Shown one piece after another: positions 47,228 through 59,655 of a stretch of DNA of 64,000 nucleotides (position 1 is the stretch's first letter; every line of letters starts with the position of its first letter). The stretch is from Azolla caroliniana. Lineage: Eukaryota; Plantae; Polypodiophyta. Both the position numbers and the translations under genes were made by a program. The notes beneath the pieces are model-generated. The model did not search any database and was not told the origin of the DNA. It saw nothing but the letters and a program-made list of their open reading frames with translations. The DNA is taken from assembly GCA_043228905.1 (NCBI GenBank), contig JBHGNT010000007.1:18662001-18726000 (forward strand), written 5' to 3'.

Positions 47228-50200
47228 GTTGCACACTATGTGGAAATTATATTTTTGTCCCTCCGGATAGAGAATGGAGTGCTCGGTGAGAACCGGAAGA
47301 AAACGGCATACCGGCAAAGAGGAAAACGGCATACCGGCAAGGAGGAAAAACGGCATACCGGCAAGGAGGAAAACGGCATACCGACAAGGAAGAAAACGGC
47401 ATACCGGCAAGGAAGAGCCGGATAAAGAGACATAAATGTAAAATAAAAGGAAATACTCACTACTGCGCAAGGCATGATTCGAACTCTGCACCTCCACGTT
47501 GACAAACCCCAACCTTACCATTACATTAAATTATCTTAAGTGTTTTAAATATAGATTTAATATGTATAAGACCTTTATTTATGCATACCTTTATTAAAAG
47601 GTAAATCGTGTATTTTTTTAATATATGAAAAAGAAAAAACACGAGACACTAAAAATAACTCATGCACATCTAGCGTGCATGAGCCCTATACTTAGGAAAT
47701 AAAAAAGCATCACATGCACATTTAGTGGACATGAACACTTTTTGTAAAAAAAAAGCATGAAGCCATGCTTAGCTCTTCCTTCCATATATAAGGAGGAGAG
47801 AAATATGTAAAGGGTTGTTGATTATTTGGATTATGTATTAATCAATACAAAAATTATTCGTGGGATTCACGATTTATACATCTACTTCTCTCTTAACACC
47901 CTAAGTACCAATTAATATAGTATACTCGTGTGATTCACGAGTTTCTTATCTTTCTCTTTGCTATTTACTCATAATTAATCTCTATCTCACGAACTTCTTT
48001 CTCCTAGTCCAAGACCTCTGTGGTTCCCACCCGACTCACGCAACGATCCGGAGCCGAAAGGCACGACAACGCGGTTGATTTCACCTAGGTCGACACCGGT
48101 GATGACCAAGTCATCAACATACAGTAAAATACTAACCAGTCTGAGTCGACCTTTCCGGATGAATAGGGAAGAGTCCGATTTTGACGTGACGAAGCCCAAC
48201 CGACGCAGTTGTTGCGTGATCTTCGCGTTCCAGGCACGCGGGGCTTGCTTCAGTCCGTAAAGGGACTTCTTTAGTCGGCATACTACCGAGGAGTTCGTTC
48301 CAAAGTGAAATCCGGGGGGCTGTACCATGTACACCTGTTCCTCAAGGTCACCTTGCAGGAACGCATTCTTTACATCCATCTGATGTAAGTGCCACCCCTT
48401 GGCCGCGGCTACTACGAGCAAAACACGGACGGTCGTCATTTTCGCGACCGGCGCAAACGTCTCATCGTAGTCGATGCTGTGTTTCTGCGCGTAGCCCTTT
48501 GCCACTAGCCGAGCCTTGTACCGGTTGACCGAGCCATCGGCGTTGTACTTGACCTTGTACACCCACCTACACCCGATCGGTTTTACACCCTTCGGTGCGT
48601 CAACCAGGTCCCAGGTCTCGTTCTCCGCCAATGCGTGCACCTCTTCCTCCATCGCGGCACGCCAATTCACGTCTTTAGCCGCTTCTACGTAGCTCTCCGG
48701 CTCACGCACTTCCGCTACACGGGTCATGTACGCATAACGATGAGCCATGTACTTGTTGTAACCGAACCGCACAATTGGGTTCTTTTGGCGGGTAGATCGG
48801 CGTAATCTCGTATTAGCCGATGTCGAGGCCTTCTCGGTCGACGCAATCTTCATCTTTAAAGACCTGTCACCGGTTCCCTCGGAGTTGGACTCGCGTCGGT
48901 CTGACTCGTTCCTTTCCGTGCCGGAATCCGACACCTTCTTCTTCCCTTTCTCTTTGCGCGTAAGCCGTCTCCTCGGCTTCCTGCGCGGGGAATGCACGAC
49001 CGAGTCTCCACTACTTGCCGACTCTTCATCGGACTGGTCGTACCGACTCAGTCGTCCAATCGGTCCACTTAAGCGGAGCGAAATCGGACTCTCTTCGCGG
49101 GTCTTGATTTTGGGCTCATCCGGAGGCATCTCGGCCTCGCTGACCTCATCGTCAGAGCTTGGATTGGAGTTGAGGTTCGTAGTCGGGGGCAGGTACCAGG
49201 ACACGGACTCGTCAAACACAACGTCGCGGCTGACACGCGCTTGTTTGGTGCGAGGGTTATAACACTTATAACCCTTCTGCTCGTCCGAGTAACCAACCAA
49301 GATGCATTTCTCGGCCTTTGCGTCCAGCTTCCTCCTTTTCTCCTTCGGTACATGCACATACGCAATGCTACCAAACACTCTCAAATGTCGCAAGTTCGGC
49401 TTTTTTCCGAAATATAGCTCGTGCGCCGACACTTTGTCTCCGATCCGGTTCTGGATGTATACCGCGGTCCTTACCGCCTCGGCCCAATAGAACTTGGGCA
49501 AGCTCTTCTCCTCCAGCATTGCCCGTGCCGCTTCCACAACTGACCGATTCTTTCTCTCGGCCATGCCGTTCTGCTCTGGCGTGTATCTACAACTGAATTC
49601 GCGGCGAATTCCCATTTGTTGTAGGTAACCGTTGAATTGACCGGAAAAGTACTCTTTCTCGCCATCCAACCGCAAGCACTTGATCTTTCGTCCCGTTTCG
49701 GCTTCCACGAACCCTTTGAGGTCCCGGAAACAGTCGAAGACTTCGCTCTTCCTCTCAATGAGGTAGATCCATGTGTGCCGCGTGTGGTCATCGATGAAGG
49801 AGACGAAATATCAGCTCCCGCCAAGACTAACGTTTTGTGCCGGCCCCCACACATCGGAGTGTATGAGGTCGAGCTTGTTCCGGCTCCGGTTTCGCTCGTT
49901 GGGGAAGGGAAGTCGGTGTTGCTTCCCGAGCTGGCAGGCTTCACAAACTTGTGCCTTTCGGCCACTAAATTTGGGCAATCCGAACACTACCTGTTTCGAT
50001 TGCAGATCTTGAAGCCGTTGGTGGTTGAGGTGGCCTATCCGCTTGTGCCACAAGTTGATGTCCGACTCGGTCTTTTGTCCCTTCGCGAACATTGCGGTGC
50101 CGTTGTCAGTGGAGTCGAGGATGAACATCCTCCCGTCTCTACGCCCTTGCGCAATCACATGGCCTTCTTCCTCAATGAAGCACCCGAGGTGTGTAAACCG

Positions 50201-53200
50201 AACCTCCATCCCTTGGTCGACGATCTGTCCGACCGAGACCAAGTTCTTCGTGATTGTCGGAACGTGCAACACGTTCATGAGTTTCCCTTTCTGCCCGACA
50301 TGGCTAAGGGGAACTTCTCCGACATTTGCGATCGGATGCGGAGTGTCGTCTCCTGTTGCGACTACTCCAGGTTGTATCGGTTTTTCAAGGTACGAGAACC
50401 ACTCCTTATGGCTCGTCATATGGTTTGACGCGCCGGAGTCTACGTACCACACCTCGTCCGATCTCGGGGTGGTCTGCTTCATTGAGTTTGCTTCGTGTCT
50501 CGTCACGAAGGCGGTCCCTTCTCCGGCTCTCCCAGAGTCTTCGGCGTAGTGCGATCGCTACCGATTTCCCTTGTCGGTATGTCTGGAGCCGTTCCCGGAA
50601 CTAGTTCTCTCCGAATCGGCACGCTTCTTCCAGCACTCACTTTCCTTGTGGCCTTTCTTGCCACAGTACCAACACTCCGCGATGGACTTCCCTTGCCGGT
50701 TCTCATCGCTTCGACTCCCCTTGTTTCCACAGGGTTCGAAGTTGCTGTCGGCATCACTTCGGTGCCTTCTTTCTTGATCTCGTCGGCCGCCTCCATTGCG
50801 TGCCAACTCGCCTCGTCCTCCACGTCCACGGGGCCTATCTCCCTCCATGGACAACATTCTGTTGTCGGTGTGCGTGCTCGTCGACGCACCCGCGTGGTTC
50901 TCCTCTACCAGGAGCATCGACTGTAGGTCGAAAAAGGACGGCGTATTCTCCCAAGTACACACAGCCGTTCGGAACGCTCCGAACTTCGACGCCAAACCTC
51001 CGAGACAGATCTGGACCATCTCGCTCTCCTCGATGTTCACCTCTATGGAGGCGAGTCACAAATATCCTTGATCTTCGAGGTATAGTCCGCCACCGACAAG
51101 TCGCGTTGTCGTAGGTTGCTCAACTCCTGTCGGAGTTGAAGCTTCCTGGCTGTGGTGCTCGCGGCGAAAAAATCTTCTTCAGATTTTCCCACGCACCCTT
51201 CGACGTCTTTGCATCCTGAACATAGCTCAATAGCTCTTCGCCCACACACGACGCGAAGCAGTACAATACCCTGCTCGCCGATTGCTCCCACGACGGGAAG
51301 TCTCTGTGTGTCGATTCGGGTGCCGCGTCATTAGCTCCTTCGACATAACTCCAGTAGCCGTGCCCGAGCAAGTACTGGTGCATCTTGTAGGACCAAGACA
51401 CGTAGTTGGTTCTGTCGAGCTTCTCTGTTGGAAGCGAGCTCGCCATGCCTCTATCCATCGTTCTTCTTGTTCTTCTTCGTCAAGCTGTGTCGGCTGCAGA
51501 GAGGTTCTCAACCCTCACGCTCTGATACCATGTAGAAAGTAACGTGCGGAAGCAAGTATGAAGACCGAACAGAAGGAAGGAAACTCAGGTTTAATGGAGA
51601 GCTTGAGCTTACACGGTATACGCGGGAGAGATAGAGAGAGAAAACACAAAAAACTATATTCCACAATAATACTCAGTCTGTACATAAGACGTGCTCAATG
51701 AGCACTTTTATACAAGTCCTAGAAGGACTGACCGAAGTACTGACAGTACTTCAATGCTCCTCACGAGCTCCTACACTAACTCCCAAATATATTCCTCACG
51801 GAATATCTTTCCTAACGACCTCCCGGTTTACGCACTCGGCCTAACCGATCGGTCCCAACCGATCCGGTCCTCGGCTTCTTCAGCTGATCCGGCCGATGTT
51901 GAGCTTGTCTCTCAACAATTCTCGACTCACACGAGATGAAATCGGCCATGTTCGCAAAGGGCATGAAAGCCGATTCCGACATCGAGTTATGACACAAGAG
52001 GATTGGCCATATCAACCTCCAAAAGCTCAAGGCAATGCAATCGAAAGGAGTCGTCATCGGGCTCCCGACATTCACGGAGAAAGAGATTGAAGGCGTGTGT
52101 GCCGCTTGCCAATTCAGCAATCCTCTCCTTTGACATGCGGCGGAAGCTGATACTATGTGACCTTCATCGACGACTTCTCTAGGCACACTTGGATCTACCA
52201 GATGCGGCAAAAGAGCGAAGTGTTCGGACACTTCCAAAAATTCAAGAATGAAGTTGAGAAAGCCACGGGCCGACATGTACGATGTCTTCAATCAGATGGA
52301 GGCAAGGAATACTTCTCCGACGAATTTTCGGCGTTTCTACGAAAAGAAGGAATACGGTGAGAGTTTTCGTGTCGACATACGCCGCAACAAAACGGAGTGG
52401 CCGAACGCAAGAATCGGCACATCCTCGAAGTGGCATGAGCCATGATGAACGAAAAGCACGTGCCGAAGTCGTACTAGGCAGAAGCGGCTAACACGGCCGT
52501 ATATCTCATGAATTGGTGTACGACATCAGGTGTACACGAACTTACTCCGCACGAGAAGTTCTTCGGAAAGAAGTCGGAACTATCGCATGTTCGAATATTC
52601 GGCTCCATTGCGTACGTGCACATCCCCGACGAGAAGTGTCAAAAGCTTGACCCGAAGTCGGAGAAATGTATCCTCGTAGAATACTCACTGGAGCAAAAGG
52701 GGTACAAGTGCTACAACCCCTCAACTCGAAAATCTCGCGTAAGTCGAGATGTCGTTTTCGATGAGTCCGCATCCTGGTACGCACCAAAGACAACTTTGAC
52801 TTCGATTCCGCTCGACTCGAATTCCGCCGAAATAGAGATAGAAGCCGAAGATCGACTCATGCGCATGTTCAAAGAAAGCCCAATTACGACAAGGCTTAGT
52901 GGGCCACAAGAGCCCCCGAGCGATCAAAGCACATCTCGGCTGAGTCCGAAGATGGACAAAGGGAAGACGAAAATGCCGGAGTATGAAGATGATCACTTCG
53001 ACGGCAACAAATCAACTCACTCCCTCGATAGTGAGTTCGAAGGCCTTGAGATCTGAACAAATGGAGCGGAGAACGCCTGTTACGGGCATGACCATATAAT
53101 ATCCCGTGGTAAGAATTTACCGTAGTATTCTATACACGTGGATAAGTGTGAGGGTTAAACGAGAGTGTGAAGAAGGGGAGGATTACTTTTAATCCTCGGG

Positions 53201-53774
53201 ATTGAGACAACCCATTAGGTCAAGTGTGAACTTGCCTGGGGGCCTTGGGTATCGCTATAAATAAGAGGCCTAGCTACCCTCATTTGATGATCTTTTGACT
53301 ACATCGAGACTCTGCTCGTGTGGTGGGTCAACTCTTGTAGCGAGCGCGCCAGCACTAGGTACGACTCGACGCCACGGCGGTGGTATGGGACGCCGATCGA
53401 GGCTCGAGTCCGTCTCGATCCCTTCGCTCGGGGGTGGTCGGGTGGATCGGCACCCTTCTTTCTCTTTCTCCTTTCTATCTTTCATTTCTTTATCCTTATC
53501 TTAAGCTTACATTAGTACTATGATCTATAATATTTGGTATCAGATTTTTGTACTAATGTTTCTTTGTTTTTCATTTGTCTTTTGATTGATGCTGATCGAT
53601 CGTTGTGCGGTTGGCCTTGATCCAGACAACGATCAACAAAGAACTTCGGTAACTCTTTCCATAATTTTTCTTTCTATTCTCTCTTCTCCCATCTAATCAT
53701 GTGTTTCGTTTATATGTAATTTTTTTCATTAAGTCAATGATGTTGTAGTGGTCTTTAATTGATTATCTAAAACG

Positions 53775-54050
53775 TTTACATATGTGCACGAGGTCAATAC
53801 CTCGTTTGACATGTTAATAATATGTGATGAGTGTCGTATGCGTACGAGGTTAATACCTCAATTACGTATTACGTTCACGAACATATGTTACGTTTGCGTA
53901 TGAGTTTAATACCTTGATTTGTTGTAAACGATATGCGTTTGGTCTCGTATGCGTAAGAGGTCAATACCTCCATTGCGTATTACGATGATCTCTTATTTGT
54001 GGATGTTTCGTGTGCGTAGAGGTATATACCTCGATTACGTATCTCGATCA
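53775..54050 (+). repeat. Five degenerate ~55-62-bp repeats, each a hairpin, in the F 5' leader
   Basis: GAGGT-NNNN-ACCTC cores at ~53790, 53846, 53902, 53957 and 54020. Confidence 0.8.
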
Positions 54051-55221
54051 CATCATTTGTGGCTATTTACTATAACGATATGTTGAATATAGGCATATGT
54101 GGTCACATATATACGTATTTGATCGTATATATGTGATAAGTAAACATATGTGTATATTCGTTATTACGTGATTATATCGAAAGTTGTCATGATCGGGAAA
54201 AGGATGTTGGTGGCCGTCCTCACATTTTTGTGAGAATGGCGTTGTCACCATCCCTTTTTCAACATTTTTTTATTGTTGATAACCCCATTGACGACCTCGA
54301 TTTCGTTACGTAAAGAAACGCGAATAGCCAAAATGATGTTGAGTACGTAGGGCTTGACCCACTTCAAGTGAGGTCGCTCCAATGACGCACGTATCCAACA
54401 TCCCTCCCTCGTTACATGGATACGATGCCACCATGAGCTCGTTCTTACGAGAGGCATTCGTAATGACGTGACCATGTGATGGCCCACATGAGCCTACTAC
54501 GAAACGAGGGCTAATTTGGCTTGACCATTAGGTTGCACTTTGGCGTATGCCATCGTAATTACGAGACTTGAGGTTAGGTAACGTACCAACATAGTTTTGG
54601 TAAATGAGGGCGAAATAAGGACCTTGACATATATGTTCTTTTAAAAAAACATATATGATCAATTGCCTCGCATATCTCTTACACGCATCAAACATTAAGC
54701 ATTCGAGAAGAGCAACTTACTTGGTTGGCTCAAGTGTTTAATGTATTTGTTCTCGAGGTCTCGAGTTCAAATATGACCAAGACCATACAACATCCTTGAT
54801 ACATATGACTATAACACATGTTTAGACTTAAGGTCTAAGTGCACCTCGGGGTCCTCGTAATAGGACTTAAAGAGCCGAAACCACTTATGTGGGCACCGAA
54901 ACATAGTTTATTGTTAACATTTTTTTTTCGTGTATAAACTATTCATGACGCAAACATACATGGTTGAGCCTCGGGGAGCCACCATGAAAAAATCGATATA
55001 GAGATCAGGGAAAGACATTTATTTGTCACCCCCATGGTTTTTAAAACACCTTTGTGTTACCATAGTAACCTGATCTTGAACCTCATCTCATACGTCTAGA
55101 GGGGTATTGACGTGAGATAATGATATCGATTAATGCTCGCCCATGATATGTTTACATCACGACAAGATGTTATGACTATATCTCTGACCTTATCCTATTT
55201 CTTTTCCAGAAATAATCTTTA

Positions 55222-58200
55222 ATGGCTCAAATTAACGACCCGATGTCATCCACTCAAGCGGAAGGAACTCAAGGGAATCCTCCTGGACAAATGTCCACTG
55301 AGATGTATTTGGCACAAATAACCCAATTTCTTAGTTTCACCGCTCAACAGATGACCGAACTTCGGCAATCTCAGAGTGCTCTTGAGGCACGTGTCATTAG
55401 TCTACAACGTGAGACTAATAGACCTGATGAGCGACAAGGTGAACCATCATTTGTCGTTAAGCCATTTACGGGAGACAAAAAGGAAAGAACCGAAGAAGCA
55501 ATCTGCACATGGCTGGGACGATGGGAGTCTCATTTTGAGCTCTATCCCACGCCAGATAGTACGAAGATTGCATATGTCGGCCGAGAACTTGGGGGTAAGG
55601 CCGCCGCTTGGTGGCGTGGCCTCCGTACTATGGGGAAATTGCCCGATACCTGGACAGATTTTGTCACGGTTTTTAAGGGCCAATTTCTGCAACCTCCCTC
55701 TCGAACCGAGGCAGCACAAGCTTTAATGAACCTCTCTAGCAGGAAATTTTCCTCGCTAGAAGACTATGTTCACCATGCTAGAACCCAAATCCAAAAATCG
55801 GGTCTAGAAGGGGACAATTGGTTGATAGCTTGTTTTGTCAATGGCATCCCCAATTCGGACTATCACTGGATAGTGCACGATAAGGATCCAAAATCCTTCG
55901 AAGAGGCCGTTGAAATAGTTCTTCGCTATCAACGCACTTCGAAGAAGGACCATAACAAACCCAACGAAGCGCCCGGGACTAAGCAGTTGCAATTTGTTGG
56001 GAAACGCAAGACACCCAACGAATTCCTGGATCGCGATTGTAAGCGACAACATCCTTTTTGTGTATTCTGCAAAAAGAAGGGTCATACAAAAGATCAATGT
56101 CGAAAGCTCCAACGGAAAGAGCACGACAACAAAGCTAAAGCTGCAGACCATAAAGGTCAGATTCCTAATGTCCTTCAGGTCTATACACATCATTTAAGTA
56201 ATTGTCAATGTTCTTTCCCTCACTATGTATTGGGTCCCAATGATTTACTACGTGCAAACGGGTATATCAATGGATCTCCCGTACAATTTTTATTTGATTC
56301 GGGAAGCTCACACAATTTTGTGAATGATCGTTTGGTTCAGATATGGGGAATCCAACCCACCGTAAGTGATCACACCTACACGGTGCACTTGGCTGATGGA
56401 AGAGTACAATACATCAACGGGGCGATTCATTCATTAGGAATTTCTATTGATACTTATATAGAGGAAGTAGACTTCCATGTAATGAATCTTTGTACCACCG
56501 ATGTAATACTGGGTTATCCCTGGTTTTATAATAAAAACTCTTCTTTATTGATTGATTGGGTTCGTCATTCCATTTCTTTTGTACTGAACGATTGTACGCA
56601 TTTTATTCAATGTGTAAAAAAACAATCCCTCTCGATTGTTTCCTCGTGTCCATCAATATCCGAGTTGTCTTGTTCTACGTTATTTTATTGTGTACTTGAT
56701 CCGGACATTCACGTTTACAATATCGATAATGTCCCGATTCAATTAACATATTTTGAACAACAACAACTTGATGAAATCTTAAATGATTTTCATGATGTTT
56801 TTCCAAGTGAACTACCTGATGGGTTACCTCCTAAACGTAATATAGACCATCGTATAGATATTGTACCTGGTGTTGCACCAATAAGTATACCTCTGTATCG
56901 CTTAAGTCGATCCGAAGAAGATGAGGTATCTAAGCAACTCAAGGACTATTTACGAATGGGTTATATACGTTATAGTAAATCTCCATGGGGTGCACCAGTT
57001 CTCTTGGTTAAAAAGAAAGAGGGCACATGGCGTATGTGTATTAATTACCGACGCTTGAATAAAGTGACGATCAAGAATTCGTATCCATTGCCCCGGGCTG
57101 ACGATCTAATTGACCGTCTCCAGGGAGCTCGGTATTTTACGAAACTTGATCTCCGTACTGGCTACCATCAAATACGAATAAGTGAGGACGATGTTCCTAA
57201 AACGGCATTTCGTACGCGCTATGGCCATTACGAGTTTTTGGTTATGCCTTTTGGTTTGACCAATGCTCCGGCTACTTTTCAACAAGAAATGAATGACATT
57301 TTCCGAGAACAACTTGGAAAATTTGTCGTTATTTTCTTGGATGATATTTTAGTTTATAGCCGTACATTACAAGAACATGCTAGACATGTCCGCTTTGTTT
57401 TACAAACATTGCGTGACAAACAGTTTTATGCGAAGATCTCAAAATGTGAGTTCTTCAAGAAATCAATTACTTATCTAGGACATCTCATAACCGAACGAGG
57501 AGTTGAAATTGATCCTTCTCGCATTGAGAAAATCAAGCTTTGGCCCACTCTTCGGAATATTCGAGAAGTTCGATCATTCCTTGGTTTTGTGGGGTTTTTG
57601 CCAAAGTCTCTTCGTAATTACTCCCAATTGACGACGCCGTTTACTGATCTTTTAAAAGGTCAAACGCGTAAGTCTACAAAACCTATTGTGTGGAATGCTA
57701 CACTAGACCTTGCATTTAAGGAACTCAAGGACCTGGTTTGCAAGGCTCCTTCACTTCTTTTACCCGATCCTTCAAAACCTTTTGAGGTTGAAACCGATGC
57801 AAGCGATTATGCTATAGGTGCTGTCTTGTATCAAGATGGTAAACCAATAGCATTCGAGAGTAAGAAACTTGATTCTGCTCAATGTCGGTATACCATTCAA
57901 GAAAAGGAATTATTTGCAGTTATACATGCGCTCAAAACATGGCGCCATTATCTTTATGGAAATCACTTTGTGGTAACTACGGACCACGAGTCCTTGAAAT
58001 ATTTTTGTGACCAACAAGACCTGAAAGGTCGTAAGGCACGATGGGCTGATCTCATCCAGGACTTTGATTTTTCCATACGATATCGTAAAGGTTCCATGAA
58101 CATTGTCGCTGATGCACTAAGTCGCATCCGTGAAGTTAACACGCTTAGCTTCACTGAAATATCATCAGATCTTTATGATCACCTTCGAGGAAAGTATCCT

Positions 58201-59655
58201 GATGACAGTTATTTCGCAAAATACTGGGCAAGAGTTGAGTCTGGAACAGACACCACCACATCCTCAAAGGAATACTTCCACATTGCTAACGGTTTGCTCT
58301 ACCGTAATGGGAAGGTTTGTGTTCCAGATTTACCCGAGGTCAAAAAGAGGATTCTTTTTGAATGCCATGATGCACCCTCAGCAGGGCACCCTGGAATACA
58401 TCGTACACTCGTTCTCATCTCCACTCAATTTTATTGGCCTAAGATGCGTCCTGACATACATAGCTATGTGACTAAATGTCACCAGTGTCAGGTTAACAAA
58501 GCCGAGCGACTTAAAGCCGCAGGACTTTTACATCCCTTGGACATTCCCAATAATAAGTGGGAAAGTATATCCATGGATTTTATTGTTAGCCTTCCTCGCA
58601 CCCAAAAAGGTCATGATGCCATCTGGGTTGTCGTTGATCGACTAACTAAAATGGCCAGATTTATTGCTACTAAAACCACGGTAACAGCTCCTGAATTGGC
58701 TTACCAATTTGTTGACGAATTGTTTCGTTTTTATGGGTTACCGATGGATATCGTGAGTGATCGAGATCCAAAGTTTACTAGTGACTTCTGGACACAAGTC
58801 TTTAAGAAGTTAGAAACTACGTTGAGCATGAGCTCCACGGATCATCCTCAATCCGATGGACAGACAGAACGAGTAAATCAAATTATTGAGGACATGCTTC
58901 GAGCATACGTTGGTGCAAAACCAACAAAATGGGAACGTTATCTCCCAATTTTGGAGTTTGCTTATAACAGCTCCAAGCATACGTCGACGGGATATAGTCC
59001 TTTTATGTTGATGTATGGTTTTCAGCCACGAGCCCCGATTGATGTTACTATACATCATGATGAGTTGCGAAGTACGCAAAACTTTCTTCGGGATATGCAA
59101 GATATGTTGCATATTGCACGAGATAATATAAAAACAGCTCAAGATAGAGCGCGTTTTTATGCCGATCATTGTAGGCAACCTCGTGTATTCAACCCTGGAC
59201 AGAAGGTATTTTTACGTGTACCTCACAATTCTAAGACATTGTCTACGGGTAAGTGCGCTAAGTTAGCCCCACGGTTTTGTGGACCTTTTACAGTCCTCAA
59301 ACGCATTGGGTCATCAGCCTATCGTCTCGCTCTTCCCGATGGTGTCGGAATTCATCCAGTCTTTCATGTGAGTCGTCTAAAAGAACTTCTAGGTTCTGGT
59401 GACAATACAGTTACGACTGAAACTCTGGTTACTTCTGAAGAATTATCTTCTAAACCACATGTACCAGAAAGAATTCTCGATGTTAAAACAAAAAAATTAC
59501 GTACTAAAGAAATCCGAGAATTTAAAATAAAATGGATGGATAAATCAATAAAAGATGCCACATGGGAACGCGAAAATACTCTTAGAACTAACTTCCCTAA
59601 CTTTCCATTGCAAGAGTGCAATGTTTTAAAGAGGGGGAGTATGTTACGGGCATGA
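55222..59655 (+). CDS. Single Gag-Pol polyprotein, 1477 aa, with C-terminal chromodomain
   Basis: Motifs [57 protein letters not shown]. Confidence 0.95.
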   Translation: MAQINDPMSSTQAEGTQGNPPGQMSTEMYLAQITQFLSFTAQQMTELRQSQSALEARVISLQRETNRPDERQGEPSFVVKPFTGDKKERTEEAICTWLGRWESHFELYPTPDSTKIAYVGRELGGKAAAWWRGLRTMGKLPDTWTDFVTVFKGQFLQPPSRTEAAQALMNLSSRKFSSLEDYVHHARTQIQKSGLEGDNWLIACFVNGIPNSDYHWIVHDKDPKSFEEAVEIVLRYQRTSKKDHNKPNEAPGTKQLQFVGKRKTPNEFLDRDCKRQHPFCVFCKKKGHTKDQCRKLQRKEHDNKAKAADHKGQIPNVLQVYTHHLSNCQCSFPHYVLGPNDLLRANGYINGSPVQFLFDSGSSHNFVNDRLVQIWGIQPTVSDHTYTVHLADGRVQYINGAIHSLGISIDTYIEEVDFHVMNLCTTDVILGYPWFYNKNSSLLIDWVRHSISFVLNDCTHFIQCVKKQSLSIVSSCPSISELSCSTLFYCVLDPDIHVYNIDNVPIQLTYFEQQQLDEILNDFHDVFPSELPDGLPPKRNIDHRIDIVPGVAPISIPLYRLSRSEEDEVSKQLKDYLRMGYIRYSKSPWGAPVLLVKKKEGTWRMCINYRRLNKVTIKNSYPLPRADDLIDRLQGARYFTKLDLRTGYHQIRISEDDVPKTAFRTRYGHYEFLVMPFGLTNAPATFQQEMNDIFREQLGKFVVIFLDDILVYSRTLQEHARHVRFVLQTLRDKQFYAKISKCEFFKKSITYLGHLITERGVEIDPSRIEKIKLWPTLRNIREVRSFLGFVGFLPKSLRNYSQLTTPFTDLLKGQTRKSTKPIVWNATLDLAFKELKDLVCKAPSLLLPDPSKPFEVETDASDYAIGAVLYQDGKPIAFESKKLDSAQCRYTIQEKELFAVIHALKTWRHYLYGNHFVVTTDHESLKYFCDQQDLKGRKARWADLIQDFDFSIRYRKGSMNIVADALSRIREVNTLSFTEISSDLYDHLRGKYPDDSYFAKYWARVESGTDTTTSSKEYFHIANGLLYRNGKVCVPDLPEVKKRILFECHDAPSAGHPGIHRTLVLISTQFYWPKMRPDIHSYVTKCHQCQVNKAERLKAAGLLHPLDIPNNKWESISMDFIVSLPRTQKGHDAIWVVVDRLTKMARFIATKTTVTAPELAYQFVDELFRFYGLPMDIVSDRDPKFTSDFWTQVFKKLETTLSMSSTDHPQSDGQTERVNQIIEDMLRAYVGAKPTKWERYLPILEFAYNSSKHTSTGYSPFMLMYGFQPRAPIDVTIHHDELRSTQNFLRDMQDMLHIARDNIKTAQDRARFYADHCRQPRVFNPGQKVFLRVPHNSKTLSTGKCAKLAPRFCGPFTVLKRIGSSAYRLALPDGVGIHPVFHVSRLKELLGSGDNTVTTETLVTSEELSSKPHVPERILDVKTKKLRTKEIREFKIKWMDKSIKDATWERENTLRTNFPNFPLQECNVLKRGSMLRA

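Larger units (their letters stand above)
40670..48068 (+). mobile_element. Element E: full-length non-chromovirus Ty3/gypsy (Phygy-like by inference)
   Basis: LTRs 40670-41547 and 47215-48068 (about 2 substitutions and one repeat unit). 4-bp TSD ACGC, tRNA-Trp PBS, PPT GGAGGGGG. Removal restores host GEINRVKL. Confidence 0.96.
38881..51917 (-). mobile_element. Copia D, nested in C
   Basis: LTRs 38881-39242 and 51531-51917 (about 6 substitutions and a 25-bp indel), TSD ATTCT, PBS at 51519-51530. Gag-pol 39494-51458 with a few lesions; RT split by E. Confidence 0.95.
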
